The position numbers and the translations under genes were made by a program. Shown here piece after piece: positions 22,101 through 32,087 of a DNA stretch of 64,000 nt. This DNA comes from an uncultured Thermoleophilia bacterium. GTDB taxonomy: Bacteria; Actinomycetota; Thermoleophilia; Gaiellales; Gaiellaceae. The stretch is from assembly GCA_963715115.1 (NCBI GenBank), contig CAVQRE010000004.1, positions 4,647-68,646 on the forward strand. Direction: 5' to 3'. How positions within the stretch are numbered: the first letter of the stretch is position 1; each line of letters begins with the position of its first letter. Under the pieces are notes generated by a model. The model was given only the letters and a program-made list of their open reading frames with translations, was not told where the DNA came from and ran no database searches.

Positions 22101-22888
22101 GCCGTGGCGACGTCGCCGAGCTCGTCGACAGCCGGTGAGCCGCGCGCCCTCGTCGCCGATCCGGGCACGTCGACCTCCTGGCGAATGATCGCGCCATGCA
22201 ACTGCTTGAGCGCCGGGCCTGGCTCGATGCCGAGCTCGGCCAGGAGCATCCGCCGTGCGTCCTGGTACGCCTGAGACGCATCGCCCTGCCGACCGCTGCG
22301 GTAAAGGGCGAGCATCAGCTGCCCCCACAGGCGCTCGCGCAACGGGTTCGCGGCGACGAGGGCCTCCAGTTCCGGCACGACCGCGTCGTGCTCGCCGAGT
22401 GAGAGCTCGGCGTCGATCAGATCCTCGCGTGCAACCAGACGTAGCTCTTCGAGCCTGTTCGCCTCCGTCGCGGCGAACGATTCGTACGCGACATCGAGCA
22501 GAGCGCCGCCGCGCCAGAGCGAAAGCGCCTCCCGGAGCGCAACTGCCCGCGCAGCCGGCTCTGCAGCACGGGCGGCGCGCACCAGGTCTTCGAAGCGGAG
22601 CGCGTCGACGTGCGCGCGCTCGACGCGGAGGACGTATCCAGGAGCGCGAGTGACGAGGTTGTCGCCGACCACGCGCCGGAGCTTTGCGACGGCGTTGTGG
22701 AGCGACGTGACGGCGTTGCGGGGCGGCGATCCTGCCCACAGGTCGTCGACGAGGCGGTCGGTGGCGACCACCTCGTTCGCGTGCAGCAGGAGCAGGATCA
22801 ACAGCGCGCGCAGCTGCTGGGCCGCCACTTCGAGCGGGCGGCCTCCGTCCTCGACCTCGAGCGGCCCCAGGACGCGGTATTCGGGCAT
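21259..22888 (-). CDS. SARP-type regulator (OmpR wHTH + BTAD) fused to a degenerate SIR2_2-like domain (gene A of candidate system); 2 frame breaks
   Basis: The N-terminus MPEYRVLGPLEV...LLLLLHANEVVATDRLVDDLW...GYVL is a Trans_reg_C-type wHTH. Residues 96-245 form a BTAD (ALSLWRGGAL...RLEELRL...PLRERLWGQLMLALYRSGRQGDA...Y...LAELGIEPGP). The rest is SIR2_2-like: GRVVPVLGEDAES, HRFFASLP, LLVTTSYGSALE, ILKIRGQ, VVTEDDYIDYL, FLFLGYTVRDWHLR. The stop is TGA at 21259-21261. Confidence 0.75.
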
Positions 22889-22923
22889 GCGGACTACTTG
22901 TAGACACCCGTCTCGTACGGCCG

Positions 22924-23241
22924 CTACGGGGCGCCCTCCAGGCCCCGGACTGCGACGGCGTGCGTCGACGAGGCAATCCGCCCGTCGAAGGTCGCGAGCG
23001 TGAGCGTGATCACGAACGCGCCAGGCCCTGCGTACCGGTGCGTCGGCGACGACCCGGTCGCCGTCCCCCCGTCGCCGAAGTCCCAGGCACGCCAGGCCAC
23101 GCCGACACCGTCCGGGTCGGAGGACGAGTCGAAGAGCTCGATCGTCTGGCCCGCGCGCGGCAGGCGCGGGCGAAATGTGAAGTCGGCGATCGGTTGCTCC
23201 CTTCGGCTCGTCGCTGGCACCACGGTCAGTGCAGCGTCCAC
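22924..23241 (-). CDS. stand-alone PKD-domain protein without signal peptide
   Basis: FTFRP..P.AGQTIELFDSSSDPDG...WAWDFGDGGTATGSSPTHRYAGPGAFVITLTL matches the PKD consensus. There is no N-terminal hydrophobic segment. The ORF ends 36 nt upstream of the SARP-SIR2 start, on the same strand. Confidence 0.7.
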   Translation of the reverse strand: MDAALTVVPATSRREQPIADFTFRPRLPRAGQTIELFDSSSDPDGVGVAWRAWDFGDGGTATGSSPTHRYAGPGAFVITLTLATFDGRIASSTHAVAVRGLEGAP

Positions 23242-23275
23242 CAGGGCGCTAACAGCTCGCTAACTACGGGGAGTG

Positions 23276-23304
23276 GGTGCCTGGCACGAAGGGTGCCGGG
23301 CACC
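23276..23304 (-). terminator. stem-loop downstream of the USP gene (copy 1 of the GTGCCTGGCAC palindromic element)
   Basis: GGTGCCTGGCAC-gaagg-GTGCCGGGCACC forms a 12-bp stem with one mismatch or wobble. It lies between the USP stop (23317) and the PKD start (23241). Confidence 0.5.
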
Positions 23305-23316
23305 GGTTCATGAAGG

Positions 23317-23760
23317 CTACGGAACCGTGATCACGTCGCACCCGGCGGCGCGCTGCACCTCGCCGCTGACGTCCCCGCCGAGCAGCCTGCCGAAGAAGCC
23401 GTGGTGGTGCTCCCCGATCACGATCAGGCTCGCACCGCGCTCCTTCGCGATGCCGATGATCTCCCCGGCCGGCTCACCGGCCGACCAGACGTAGTCCGCC
23501 GTCAGCCCGGCCGCCTCGACTCGCTGGCGCGCCTCGGCGAGAACCGGCTCGAGCTCCGGCGGCTCGACGAGCGGCATCATCTGCACGGGGCTGTCGTCGA
23601 GCGTGCCGTAGTTCTGCAGGCCTTCCGGGTTCAGCGGCATCTCGGCGATCGCGACGACCACGAGACTCGACCCGGACTTCTGCGCCTCCTCGATCGCACG
23701 CCCCAGGGCGTGCTGCGCCGATTCGTGCCCGTCGTACCCCACGATGATCGGCCCGGCCAT
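23317..23760 (-). CDS. universal stress protein (UspA family)
   Basis: The internal ATG gives MAGPIIVGYDGHESAQHAL. The sequence carries ASLIVIGEHHHGFFGRLLGGDVSGEVQRAAGCDVITV, the G-x2-G-x9-G(S/T) ATP motif region. Confidence 0.85.
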   Translation of the reverse strand: MAGPIIVGYDGHESAQHALGRAIEEAQKSGSSLVVVAIAEMPLNPEGLQNYGTLDDSPVQMMPLVEPPELEPVLAEARQRVEAAGLTADYVWSAGEPAGEIIGIAKERGASLIVIGEHHHGFFGRLLGGDVSGEVQRAAGCDVITVP

Positions 23761-23816
23761 TCGCCGATCGTAACGAGGACGGCCTTCGGCAGTGATACGT
23801 TCGGCCTCGGCCAGGC

Positions 23817-26800
23817 ATGGACTACCGGCTCCTTGGTCCGCTGGAGGCGCGCGCGGGTGACCGCGTTGTGCCACTCGGCGGCCCGAAGCAGCGCGCCGTG
23901 CTCGCCGTCCTCCTCCTCCGGGCCGGCGAGACCGTCTCCGTCGACACGCTGATCGACGAGGTCTGGGGCGCGCGGCCGCCTGTCAACGTCACGGCGACGC
24001 TGCACAACTGCGTGTCCCGCCTGCGCAAAGCGATCGGCGCGGAGACGATCGAGACGCACCCTCCCGGTTACGTCCTCCACGCCCGCGACGAGGAGATCGA
24101 CGCGCGGCGCTTCGAGCGCGCGCTCGTTTCCGCGCAGGCTCTCGAGCCGGCGGAGCGGGCGGCGGCGCTCCGCGAGGCACTCTCGTCTTGGCGGGGAGCG
24201 GCTCTCGCCGACCTGGCCTTCGAGCCGTTCGCGGAAGCCGAGGCCGCGCGGCTCGAGGAGCTGCGACTGGTTGCGCTCGAGGAGCGGATCGACGCCGAGC
24301 TCGCACTCGGCCGCCACGAGCAGCTCGTCGCCGAGCTCGAGGCGCTGGTCGCGCGCCACCCGTTGCGCGAGCGTCTGCGCCGCGAGCAGATGCTGGCCCT
24401 CTACCGCGCGCGGCGAAAGCCGGAGGCGCTCCAGGCGTTCCAGGACACGCGGCTCGCGCTGATCGACGAGCTCGGCCTAGAGCCGAGCGATCAGCTACGC
24501 GAGCTCGAGCGGAAGATGCACCGTGACGATCCGTCGCTCGAGTCCGCGACCGAGATCCGCGCCGAGAGCGCGCCGCGCGAGGTGCGCCGTCCCGCTGTCG
24601 TGCTGTGCGTCGAGCCCGAGGCCGGAGACGACACCGACCCGGAGACCGCGGAGAGCGAGCTCGGCGACTCCATCGCCGCAGTTCGAGCCGCGGTCGAACG
24701 GCACGGCGGCTCCGTGCAGCAGCTCGCCGGCGACGAGATGCTCGCGTTCTTCGGGCTGCCGTCGGCACACGAGGACGACGCCCTACGCGCCCTGCGTGCG
24801 GCGATCGAGCTGCGTGACGAGCTCACGGCATTGAACACGCCGGCCCGCGTCGGCCTGGCCGCCGGCGAGGTGGTAGCGGGCACGGATGCCTTGCCGCGGG
24901 CAGGCCCGGCCGTGCGACGAAGCCGCCGGCTGAAGGAGCTGGCCGCTCCGGGAGCGATCGTGCTCGGCGATGCAATCCTCGCGCTCGTCGGCGGTGCGGT
25001 CGATGCCGTGCCGGTCGACGTCTCGGGCTCGGCGTTCCGACTGCTGCGCCTCGATTCGGATGCGCCGGCAGTCGCACGCCGGCTCGACGCACCGCTCGTC
25101 GGCCGCGAGCATGAGCTGGCGCGGATCGAGGCGGCCGTGGTGAAGAGCATTGAGCGCCGCCGCCCCGTCCGCGTCGTGCTCTCGGGCGAGCCCGGCATCG
25201 GCAAGACGCGCCTCGCACGGGAGTTCGCGGCCTGGCATCCCGACGCCCGCGTGCTGACCGGGCGCTGCGTCGCCTACGGCGAGGCCGCGCGCTTCCTGCC
25301 GCTCGCGCAGCTCGTCACGGGCGGGGCCGACCTCGTCGGCCGCGCCGTCGTTCCCACGGAGCTCGCGCCGCTGCTCGCGATGACGGCGCCGACCGTTCCG
25401 AATCCTGACGTCTTCCGTGCGACGCGGCTTCTGCTGGAAGCGGTCGCAGAGCATGGGCCGGTGGTCGTCGAGCTCGAGGACCTGCACTGGGGCGCACCCG
25501 GCCTGCTCGACCTGGTCGAGTACCTCGCCGCCTGGGGCGGCGAGCTGCCGCTGCTCGTGCTCTGCGTCGCGCGACCGGAGCTACTCGACGCGCGGCCGGG
25601 CTGGCGCGAGGACGAGCTCCCGGTCGGCCCGCTCGCGCCGGACGAGGCGCTCGCGCCTCGTCCGCGAGCGCGAGCCCGAGGTGACGGCCGGGCGCGCCGA
25701 TGCCGTCATCCGCGCCGGCGAGGGGAACCCGCTCTTCCTCGAGCAGCTCGTCGCGTTCGAAGGTGACGAGCTGCCGCCGACGATCGAGACGCTGCTCGCG
25801 AGCCGGCTCGACCGGCTCGAGCCGCAGCAACGGGCGCTGCTCGGCCACGCCGCCGTGGCGGGCCGCGAATTCTGGCGCGGCGCCGTCGAGGCGCTGACGG
25901 CTGACGATCCGCGCGTCGTCGCAAGCTCCCTTTCGGCGCTCGTCCGCGGACGGCTCGTGCAGCCGGCGACCTCGTCGCTCGCCGGCGAGGACGCCTTCGT
26001 CTTCCACCACGCCCTGATTCGCGACGCCGCGTACGCCTCGGTGCCGAAGACGGCGCCGTGCCGGGTCCACATGAGCGGCTCGCTCGCTGGCTCGACCCGC
26101 ACGCCGAGAGCAGCGACGACGTGGTCGGCTTCCACCTCGAGCAGGCGTACCGCTACGGCGAGGAGCTCGGCCGCGGCGACGAGAGCGCTCGCGCGGGAGG
26201 CGGCAACGCGTCTCGGGAGCGAGCGGCATCGCAGCGCTGAAGCGAATGACGATCCCGACGACGATCGACCTGCTCTCGCGTGCGACGCCTTGCTACCCGC
26301 CGAGCGATCCAGAGCGGCTCGCGCTCGCGTGCGAGCTCGGGACCGCGCTGAAGGCAACCGGCGACTCGCGCGTCGTCGAGGAGATGCTCGCCGACGGTCG
26401 CCGAGACTGCGTCGCGATGCGGCGACCGGCCGGCATCGAGCTGCGCGCGCGTCTCGAGCTCGTCTGGCCGCGTGTGCTGCGCGGCGCCGAGCTCGCTCGA
26501 CGATGCGCTGCGATTCGTCGAGCAGGCGCTCGACGAGCTGGACGGCGCCGACGACCGCACGCTCGAGCGGGCGTGGTTCTGCCTCGCGGCGCTCCGTGGC
26601 CGGCTGCAGTTCCGGCACGCGGCGAGCGAGGAGGCGGCGCTCCGAGCGCTCGACCACGCGCGCGCAGCGGGTTACGCGCCGGCGCAACTGTTTCGGCGTG
26701 CTTGCCAACGATGCGTGCGACGGCCCACGCCCGGTGCCGAAGGCATCGAGCGCTGCGAGAGAGCTGCTCGCGGAAGCGGACCGAGGTTCCGAGGCGAGGA

Positions 26801-27335
26801 TTCGGCTGTCGCTCGCGCACCTGTCGCGATGCGCGGCGACTTCGCGGGCGCCAGACGGCGAGCTCGACATCGGCGCAGGCGCTCATCGACGAGTTCGGCA
26901 CCCGGCAGCGCCACACGCGGGACGAGGCCATGCTCAAGCCGAGATCACGTGGCTGACCGAGAGATGCAGCCATTGCGCGAGAATGTCTTGCGCGATGCCG
27001 CTCGCGCAGTCCTCGAGCGCGAGGGCGACACTGCCTGGTCGCGACGATCTCGGCGCAGCTCGCGGAGCTGCTCGCCGATGCCGACCGTCCGGAGCAAGCA
27101 CTAGCTCCAGCTGACCGAGCAGGCCCGCGAGCGCGTCGTAGCCGGGCGACGTCCGGACCGAGGCCGCGTGGCGGCGGGCTCACGCGGTCGTCGGCGGCGC
27201 AAGACGGCGAGGTGCTCGCCCGCGAAGCGGTCGCGCTGCTCGAAGCGACCGACGAGCTCGAACGAGCAGGCGAAGGCGCACCTGGCCCTCGCGCACGTTC
27301 TCGAGCCGGCCGGGCGCGACGACGAAGCGACGTAG
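23817..27335 (+). CDS. large SARP-family protein: wHTH + BTAD + degenerate class III cyclase-like domain + AAA_16 ATPase + TPR-like C-terminus; several frame breaks after about 25650
   Basis: The first 612 aa are intact: MDYRLLGPLE...GYVL (wHTH), BTAD to about aa 245, and a cyclase-like AGDEMLAFFGLPSAHEDDALRALRAAIELRDEL...ARVGLAAGEVV region. It also has LVGREHEL, Walker A GEPGIGKT (25185-25208) and VVVELEDLHW. Downstream pieces (GEGNPLFLEQL, LLASRLDRL, FHHALIRDAAY, HERLARWL, helical repeats) fall in other frames. The first in-frame TAG is at 27333; coding-like sequence continues to the TAG at 27405-27407. Confidence 0.75.
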
Positions 27336-27486
27336 GCGAAAGCGTCCGCGGTGCAGCTCCTGCGCTAGAAGGAGAACGAGGCGCTGCTCGCCCGCATCGA
27401 GGAGTAGGTGGAGAGGACCCAACTCCGGGACGTCCAGGTGCAAAGGCGGTGGGGGAGCGCCGAAGCGCTCCCCACCGACGGCGGCC

Positions 27487-27664
27487 TCAGCAGCCGCCGC
27501 CGCAGCCGCCGCCCGGCATGGGCGCCGATGCCGAGCCCGACGACGTTGCGTCTGCCGACCGCGACCTGCGTGGCCGCCGAGAGGCCGATCGCCACGGCGA
27601 GGATCGCGGCGGCGATGGCGGACCGGCGAATGCCGGTCCCCTGAACGTGCGTGTGATTGGACAT
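27487..27664 (-). CDS. small membrane protein, possibly with a GGGCGGGC tail (frame uncertain)
   Basis: MSNHTHVQGTGIRRSAIAAAILAVAIGLSAATQVAV has one TM helix. After about aa 48 a -1/+1 shift would give ...MPGGGCGGGC and TGA at 27487, whereas the listed frame runs on as Arg-rich, non-coding-looking sequence. Confidence 0.3.
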
Positions 27665-27739
27665 AACCGCAACGTCCGGCCGGCCACAAACGGCTCGACA
27701 ACGGACGGCACACGCAAGACCAACTGAGTCCGAACACGG

Positions 27740-27767
27740 CGAGGGCGGCGCTCACGCGCCGCCCTCG
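27740..27767 (-). terminator. strong GC stem-loop downstream of the M23 peptidase gene
   Basis: CGAGGGCGGCGC-tcac-GCGCCGCCCTCG forms a perfect 12-bp stem, 26 nt after the stop at 27793. Confidence 0.6.
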
Positions 27768-27792
27768 TTGACCCCCGCTCAACCTTCGAAGG

Positions 27793-28846
27793 TCAGACGC
27801 CGACCCAGCCCGTGTGGTTGTGCACCGAGAACCGAAGCGACGAGCTCGAGCGGTTCCCGCGCACGTCCGCCGCGGTGACGACCAGGCGGTACACGTTGTC
27901 CGCCAGCCGGAGCGTGTTCAGCATCCCGAGCCGGAAGCGGAAGCAGCCGGGCTGTCCCCACGAGTAGTGCGGGCCGAACACCGACATGTTCTGGAACGTG
28001 CCCTTCGCGTAGTAGCGCCAGAACAGACCGTTCGACGGGATCGTGTGCCGTGCGTCCCAGGCAGTGGTCTCGGGGATCTTGACCTTGCCGTTCCAGGTCT
28101 CGACGTGCCAGGTGATCAGCGCCGGCGTCATCGGCATGTCGTGCCACTCGCCGGGCACCGGCACGGTCGGCGTGTCGTACGCCTCGGCGACGATGTTCAC
28201 CGAGCCGCGGATGAAGTTCGTCATCTGCGCCGGGCCGTCGTCACCCGTGCGCAGCTCGATCGAGGTGACCTCCGGCTTCGTCGAGTCGCGGTACGGCGTG
28301 AGGTGGCCGGGCAGCAGCGGATCGGTGACGACGCCGCCGTCGACCTCGGTCAGATGAACGTGGCCGGTGCCGCGGATGATGTGCCCGAGCACGGTGCTGT
28401 CGGTCGTCGACCTGCTGGCCGAGCTTCACGGTCGGCGCGATGTGCCAGTACTCGAAACGGTCGCCGTTCCCCGACGAGACGAAGACGCGGTCGGCGTTGA
28501 GGCTCATCACCGTGCCGTCGGCGACCGGGTAGACGGCGGTGCCGTCGGGCGCCGAGATGTCGACGCCCTGGTGGAACGAGAACGAGCCGGCCGGGTGCAT
28601 GAGCGTCGCGTGGGTCGGCGGGTCGAGGTAGACCGTCCGCGGGTCGCCGAAGCCGCCGCGGATAGGATGCTGCCGGTTGAACGGTGCGACCGGCCAGCCG
28701 TACGAGCGCCCCGCCTGCTTGACGGACGCATGTGCGGCCTCCGAGTGGAAGCCGCTCGATGCCGACGCGATCAGCGCGGCGAGCAGGAGCGGCGCGACGG
28801 CCGTGCGCAGGCCCCTGAGGTGTGTATGAGCGGTGAAGTTGGTCAT
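27793..28846 (-). CDS. secreted M23-family metallopeptidase with C-terminal Ig-like domain; one frame break near 28390
   Basis: Signal peptide MTNFTAHTHLRGLRTAVAPLLLAALIASASS. The M23 core reads FHQGVDISAPDGTAVYPVADGTV...YWHI, then GHIIRGTGHVHL in the next frame. Confidence 0.8.
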
Positions 28847-29791
28847 GTCGAGCACCGTCGAAGGGGCCCGAAACCGCTCGGTCACCGGCGACTAACGGCG
28901 CGCCAACGGCTGTTCCTGCTGCTCCTCGCGGCGGCGCTCGTGCTCCCGGGCCGCGCAGCCGCGAGCCCGCTGATGCGGGTGGAGCTCCACCTCGCGCCCG
29001 GCGCGCGCTCGACCCCGCACCTGCTCCTGCTCACGCTCGGGGGGCCGATCTACTGCGACCAGCTCAGGAACCTCGCCCGCAACGTTCACGCCTCGCTCGC
29101 GTGCACCGACTACGGGCCGAACCGCTACGAGGTCGCAGGCGGTCGCGCGGGTCGCCGTGAGGACTGGGGCGACCCGCGCTACCTCGCGCAGGTCGCCCAG
29201 CTTCCGGCGCGCTTGCGCGCGCAGGGGATCCGGATCTCGAAGCTGGTCGTCGTGGGGGTGTCGTACTCCGGTTTCGCCGACGCGGAGCTCGTGGCGTCAC
29301 ACCCGGAGGTGGGCGCCGACGCGCTGGTCGTCGTCGACAGCTACCTCGACCTCGCGGCACGCTTCGACGCACTCCCTGCGCACCACGAGACGCGGACCGA
29401 GATGGAGACGGTGCTCGGCGGTACGCCGGCCCAGGCATCGGCCGCCTACCGCTCGCGCTCGCCGAGCCATCATCTCCCCGGCCTCGCCGACGCAATCCGG
29501 CACGGGACGCATCTCGTGGTCGTCTGGAGCACGAGCGCCGGCGAGCGGCACGAGTTCAACGGCGCCACCTGCTCGCGGCTCGCGAACGCCGAATGGCTCG
29601 CCCGACTGGCAGGAGCCCTCGGCCAACCAGTAACCGGCTATGTGACCAGGCTGCCGCACGCCCACGCATTGTGGGACCGCGGACAGGGGCTGCTCGCGCT
29701 TGCCGGGATCGCGCCGGCGAGTAAGCCGCTCGACGCGCACGCCGTGACGTTCAGGCCGGGCGCGTCGCCGCCGCGCGACAGCTACTGCTGA
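28826..29791 (+). CDS. secreted alpha/beta-hydrolase-like protein (start uncertain)
   Basis: Signal-like LFLLLLAAALVLPGRAAA, a GVSYSG nucleophile-elbow-like motif, and HLVVVWS...H late in the protein. The ATG at 28826 is the first canonical in-frame start, but it overlaps the divergent M23 start. Confidence 0.45.
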   Translation: MSGEVGHVEHRRRGPKPLGHRRLTARQRLFLLLLAAALVLPGRAAASPLMRVELHLAPGARSTPHLLLLTLGGPIYCDQLRNLARNVHASLACTDYGPNRYEVAGGRAGRREDWGDPRYLAQVAQLPARLRAQGIRISKLVVVGVSYSGFADAELVASHPEVGADALVVVDSYLDLAARFDALPAHHETRTEMETVLGGTPAQASAAYRSRSPSHHLPGLADAIRHGTHLVVVWSTSAGERHEFNGATCSRLANAEWLARLAGALGQPVTGYVTRLPHAHALWDRGQGLLALAGIAPASKPLDAHAVTFRPGASPPRDSYC

Positions 29792-29796
29792 TCAGA

Positions 29797-29822
29797 GTGC
29801 CTGGCACCGACGTGCCAGGCAC
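29797..29822. terminator. bidirectional stem-loop between convergent genes (copy 2 of the GTGCCTGGCAC element)
   Basis: GTGCCTGGCAC-cgac-GTGCCAGGCAC forms a perfect 11-bp stem, 6 nt after the TGA at 29789-29791 and 15 nt before the minus-strand stop at 29837. Confidence 0.6.
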
Positions 29823-29836
29823 CGGACCTTCGTACG

Positions 29837-30190
29837 TCAGTCGCCCCAGTCGAAGTCGCGCGAGCGCGACCAGAGCGCTTCGTCCGTCTGCTCGACGGGC
29901 TCGCTCGTCTCGACGGTCACTTCGGACGGCTCTGTCGGCTCGGCGGTGAAGGTGTCCTCCGCCGACGGCCAGTCGAGTGTCGTCTCGTGCTCGTCGATCT
30001 GGACGACGCCGTCCATCGTGTCTTCGATCCGCGCCTGCTCCTCGGTCTTGAAGAGCGGATGATTCTCGAACGGGTCGTCCGACATGTACTTCTCGAGCGG
30101 CATCTCGTGCTCGAGTGCCGCGTTCCGACGCTTCAACTCGAGGTGCTCCTGGATCACCTGGGTGAACACGGACGGAGTCTCGACGGCCAT
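29837..30190 (-). CDS. acidic hypothetical protein
   Basis: Intact 117-aa ORF with a strong AGGAGGA ribosome-binding site 6 nt upstream of the ATG. The sequence is very acidic and ends LWSRSRDFDWGD. No family recognised. Confidence 0.5.
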   Translation of the reverse strand: MAVETPSVFTQVIQEHLELKRRNAALEHEMPLEKYMSDDPFENHPLFKTEEQARIEDTMDGVVQIDEHETTLDWPSAEDTFTAEPTEPSEVTVETSEPVEQTDEALWSRSRDFDWGD

Positions 30191-30235
30191 TGATTCCTCC
30201 TACTGGTACGTCTTATCTCTTCCCGGCGCGGGAGT

Positions 30236-32087
30236 TTAGACGACTGATTGGATCGTCGCGCCGCCCACGACCCGGTTCCGGCCCCCGCGCTTGGCCGCGT
30301 ACAGGGCCGAATCGGCTGCAGCAATCAAATCGTCGATGCGCGCTCCGCCGGCGCATGCCGCGACGCCGAAGCTCGCGGTGATGTTCACCGGACCGCCGCG
30401 AACGGTCATGATGGGACGCGCCGAGATGAGCCCTCGTGCGCGCTCTGCAAGGTCGATCCCACCCGAGACGCCGATGCCGACGAGGATGAGCGCGAACTCC
30501 TCGCCGCCCCAGCGACCGGCGACGTCCCCTTCCCGAACTGCACCGGCGAGCGTGTGCGCGAACGATCGGAGCACCTCGTCGCCTGCGGGATGACCGAAAC
30601 GATCGTTGATCAGCTTGAAGTGGTCGAGATCGGAGAGCACTCAGACACAGCTCGCCGTCGAGTCGACGTGCCCGCGCAAGCTCGGAGGTCAACGTCTCCT
30701 CGAGCGAGCGTCGATTGGCGAGGCCGGTGAGCACATCGACGAGCGCCTGCTGCTCGACGAGTCGATGCAGCCGCGCGTTCTCGAGTGCAACCGCTGCGTG
30801 AGCGACGAGCGCTCTCGCGGTCTCCACCTGGTCCGCGTCGAGCGCCGAGCCGCGGATCACGAGCGATCCGAAGTCGGAGGCACCGACCCGTAGCGGGAAC
30901 GTCACTTCCTCCGGCCCTGTGGACTCGCCGGCCTCGAGCACTTCGCCCGTGCGGGTGCGAACGACTGCGCCCGACGCGCCGGTCGCCTCCACGACGGTCT
31001 CCGCGACGACACGCAGGAGCTGCTGCGGATCGTGTGTCGCTCCGAGCGCCTGTCCGAACCGGGTCGTCGCCTCGTGCGCACGGCGACGCTCCGTCCGCAG
31101 CTCGGTCATCTGCTGCTGCAGCTGCTCCGCCATCCGGTTGAAGGCACTGCCGAGCTGCGCGAACTCGTCCTGACCGCGCACGTCGACGCGCTCGTCGAGG
31201 CGGCCGTCGGCGATCGCATCGGCGGCGCCGGCAAGACGCCCGAGCGTGGTCACGACCGACCGCCCGAGGAGGAACACGACCAGGGCGAAGACGAGCAGCG
31301 AGGCGATCAGCACCGCCGTCAGCCGCATCTCGGCCATACGCGCAGCCGTGTCGATCGCTGCCTGCGGCGTCAGCGCGACCAGCTGCACGCCCGCCGGTTC
31401 TGCGAGCGACGTGGAGAGGCCGCGACTCGACGTGCCGGCCACCATGACGCGCGCGGACTTGCCCGGCGAGATGGCGAGCGGCTCGCTTGGCGGGCCGCCC
31501 GCGACGAGGTGCGAGTTGCGCACCGCCACGAGACGCTCGCCTGCACCGAGACCCACCCCGATCGTCGTGAGCAGGCGATCGTCGATCGGGACGGCAACCG
31601 TCACGGTGCCGATCGTGCGCCCGCGATCGACGATCGCAACGGTGCGCTGCGCTGCGAACGGCGGGAGCGAGCCGACCGTGAGGCCACCGCCGCTGATCCT
31701 CGTCGACGGTTCACCGGCGGCGACCACGGACAAAGAGGAGCGATCGTGTCCGCGCAGAGCGCGCTGGAGGCGCGGCTCGGCAGCCAGCCGACGGGCAATG
31801 GTCGCGGCCAGGTCGAGCTGCTGTGCGTAGCCGGCGACCGCGACGCGGAGGGCGGCCTCGAGCGAGGCGTCGGCACGGCGGTTCTCGCTCCGCCGGGCGA
31901 GGTTGTCGTAGCCGTAGAAGGCGACGGCAAGTGGCAGCAGCGCGAGGAGCGCGAACCAGGCGACCAGCTTGAACCTGAAGCTGCCCAGGCGGCGGCCGCC
32001 CTGCAGGCTGATCCTCCCCCTCAAGCCATTGCGTGCCGTTGCCGATACCTCTCCTGGACAGGTTTCGGCAGATCCAGGGGGAAGCAT
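30236..32087 (-). CDS. membrane diguanylate cyclase (periplasmic sensor + HAMP + GAF-like + GGDEF); one frame break near 30645; start uncertain
   Basis: TM helix FKLVAWFALLALLPLAVAF, a second TM plus HAMP (DEFAQLGSAFNRMAEQL), a GAF-like region, then DVLTGLANRR...LSDLDHFKLINDRFGHPAGDEVL...RWGGEEFALIL...SALYAAKRGGRN. Confidence 0.85.

Noticed and set aside
27333-27368. The in-frame TAG codons as pyrrolysine or programmed read-through signals
   Set aside because: There are no pyl genes and no PYLIS-like context, and the organism type makes it implausible. Nonsense mutation, sequencing error or a genuine stop at the first TAG are simpler explanations.
21259-27407. The two SARP regulators as markers of a secondary-metabolite biosynthetic gene cluster
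   Set aside because: No PKS, NRPS, terpene, RiPP or tailoring genes occur within the window. The neighbours are USP, PKD, an M23 peptidase, a hydrolase and housekeeping genes.
28367-28825. The N-terminal 150 aa of the 474-aa ORF 28367..29791
   Set aside because: This part overlaps the M23 peptidase gene in antisense and is Arg/Val/Asp-rich. Coding-like sequence with a signal peptide begins only around 28826-28910.
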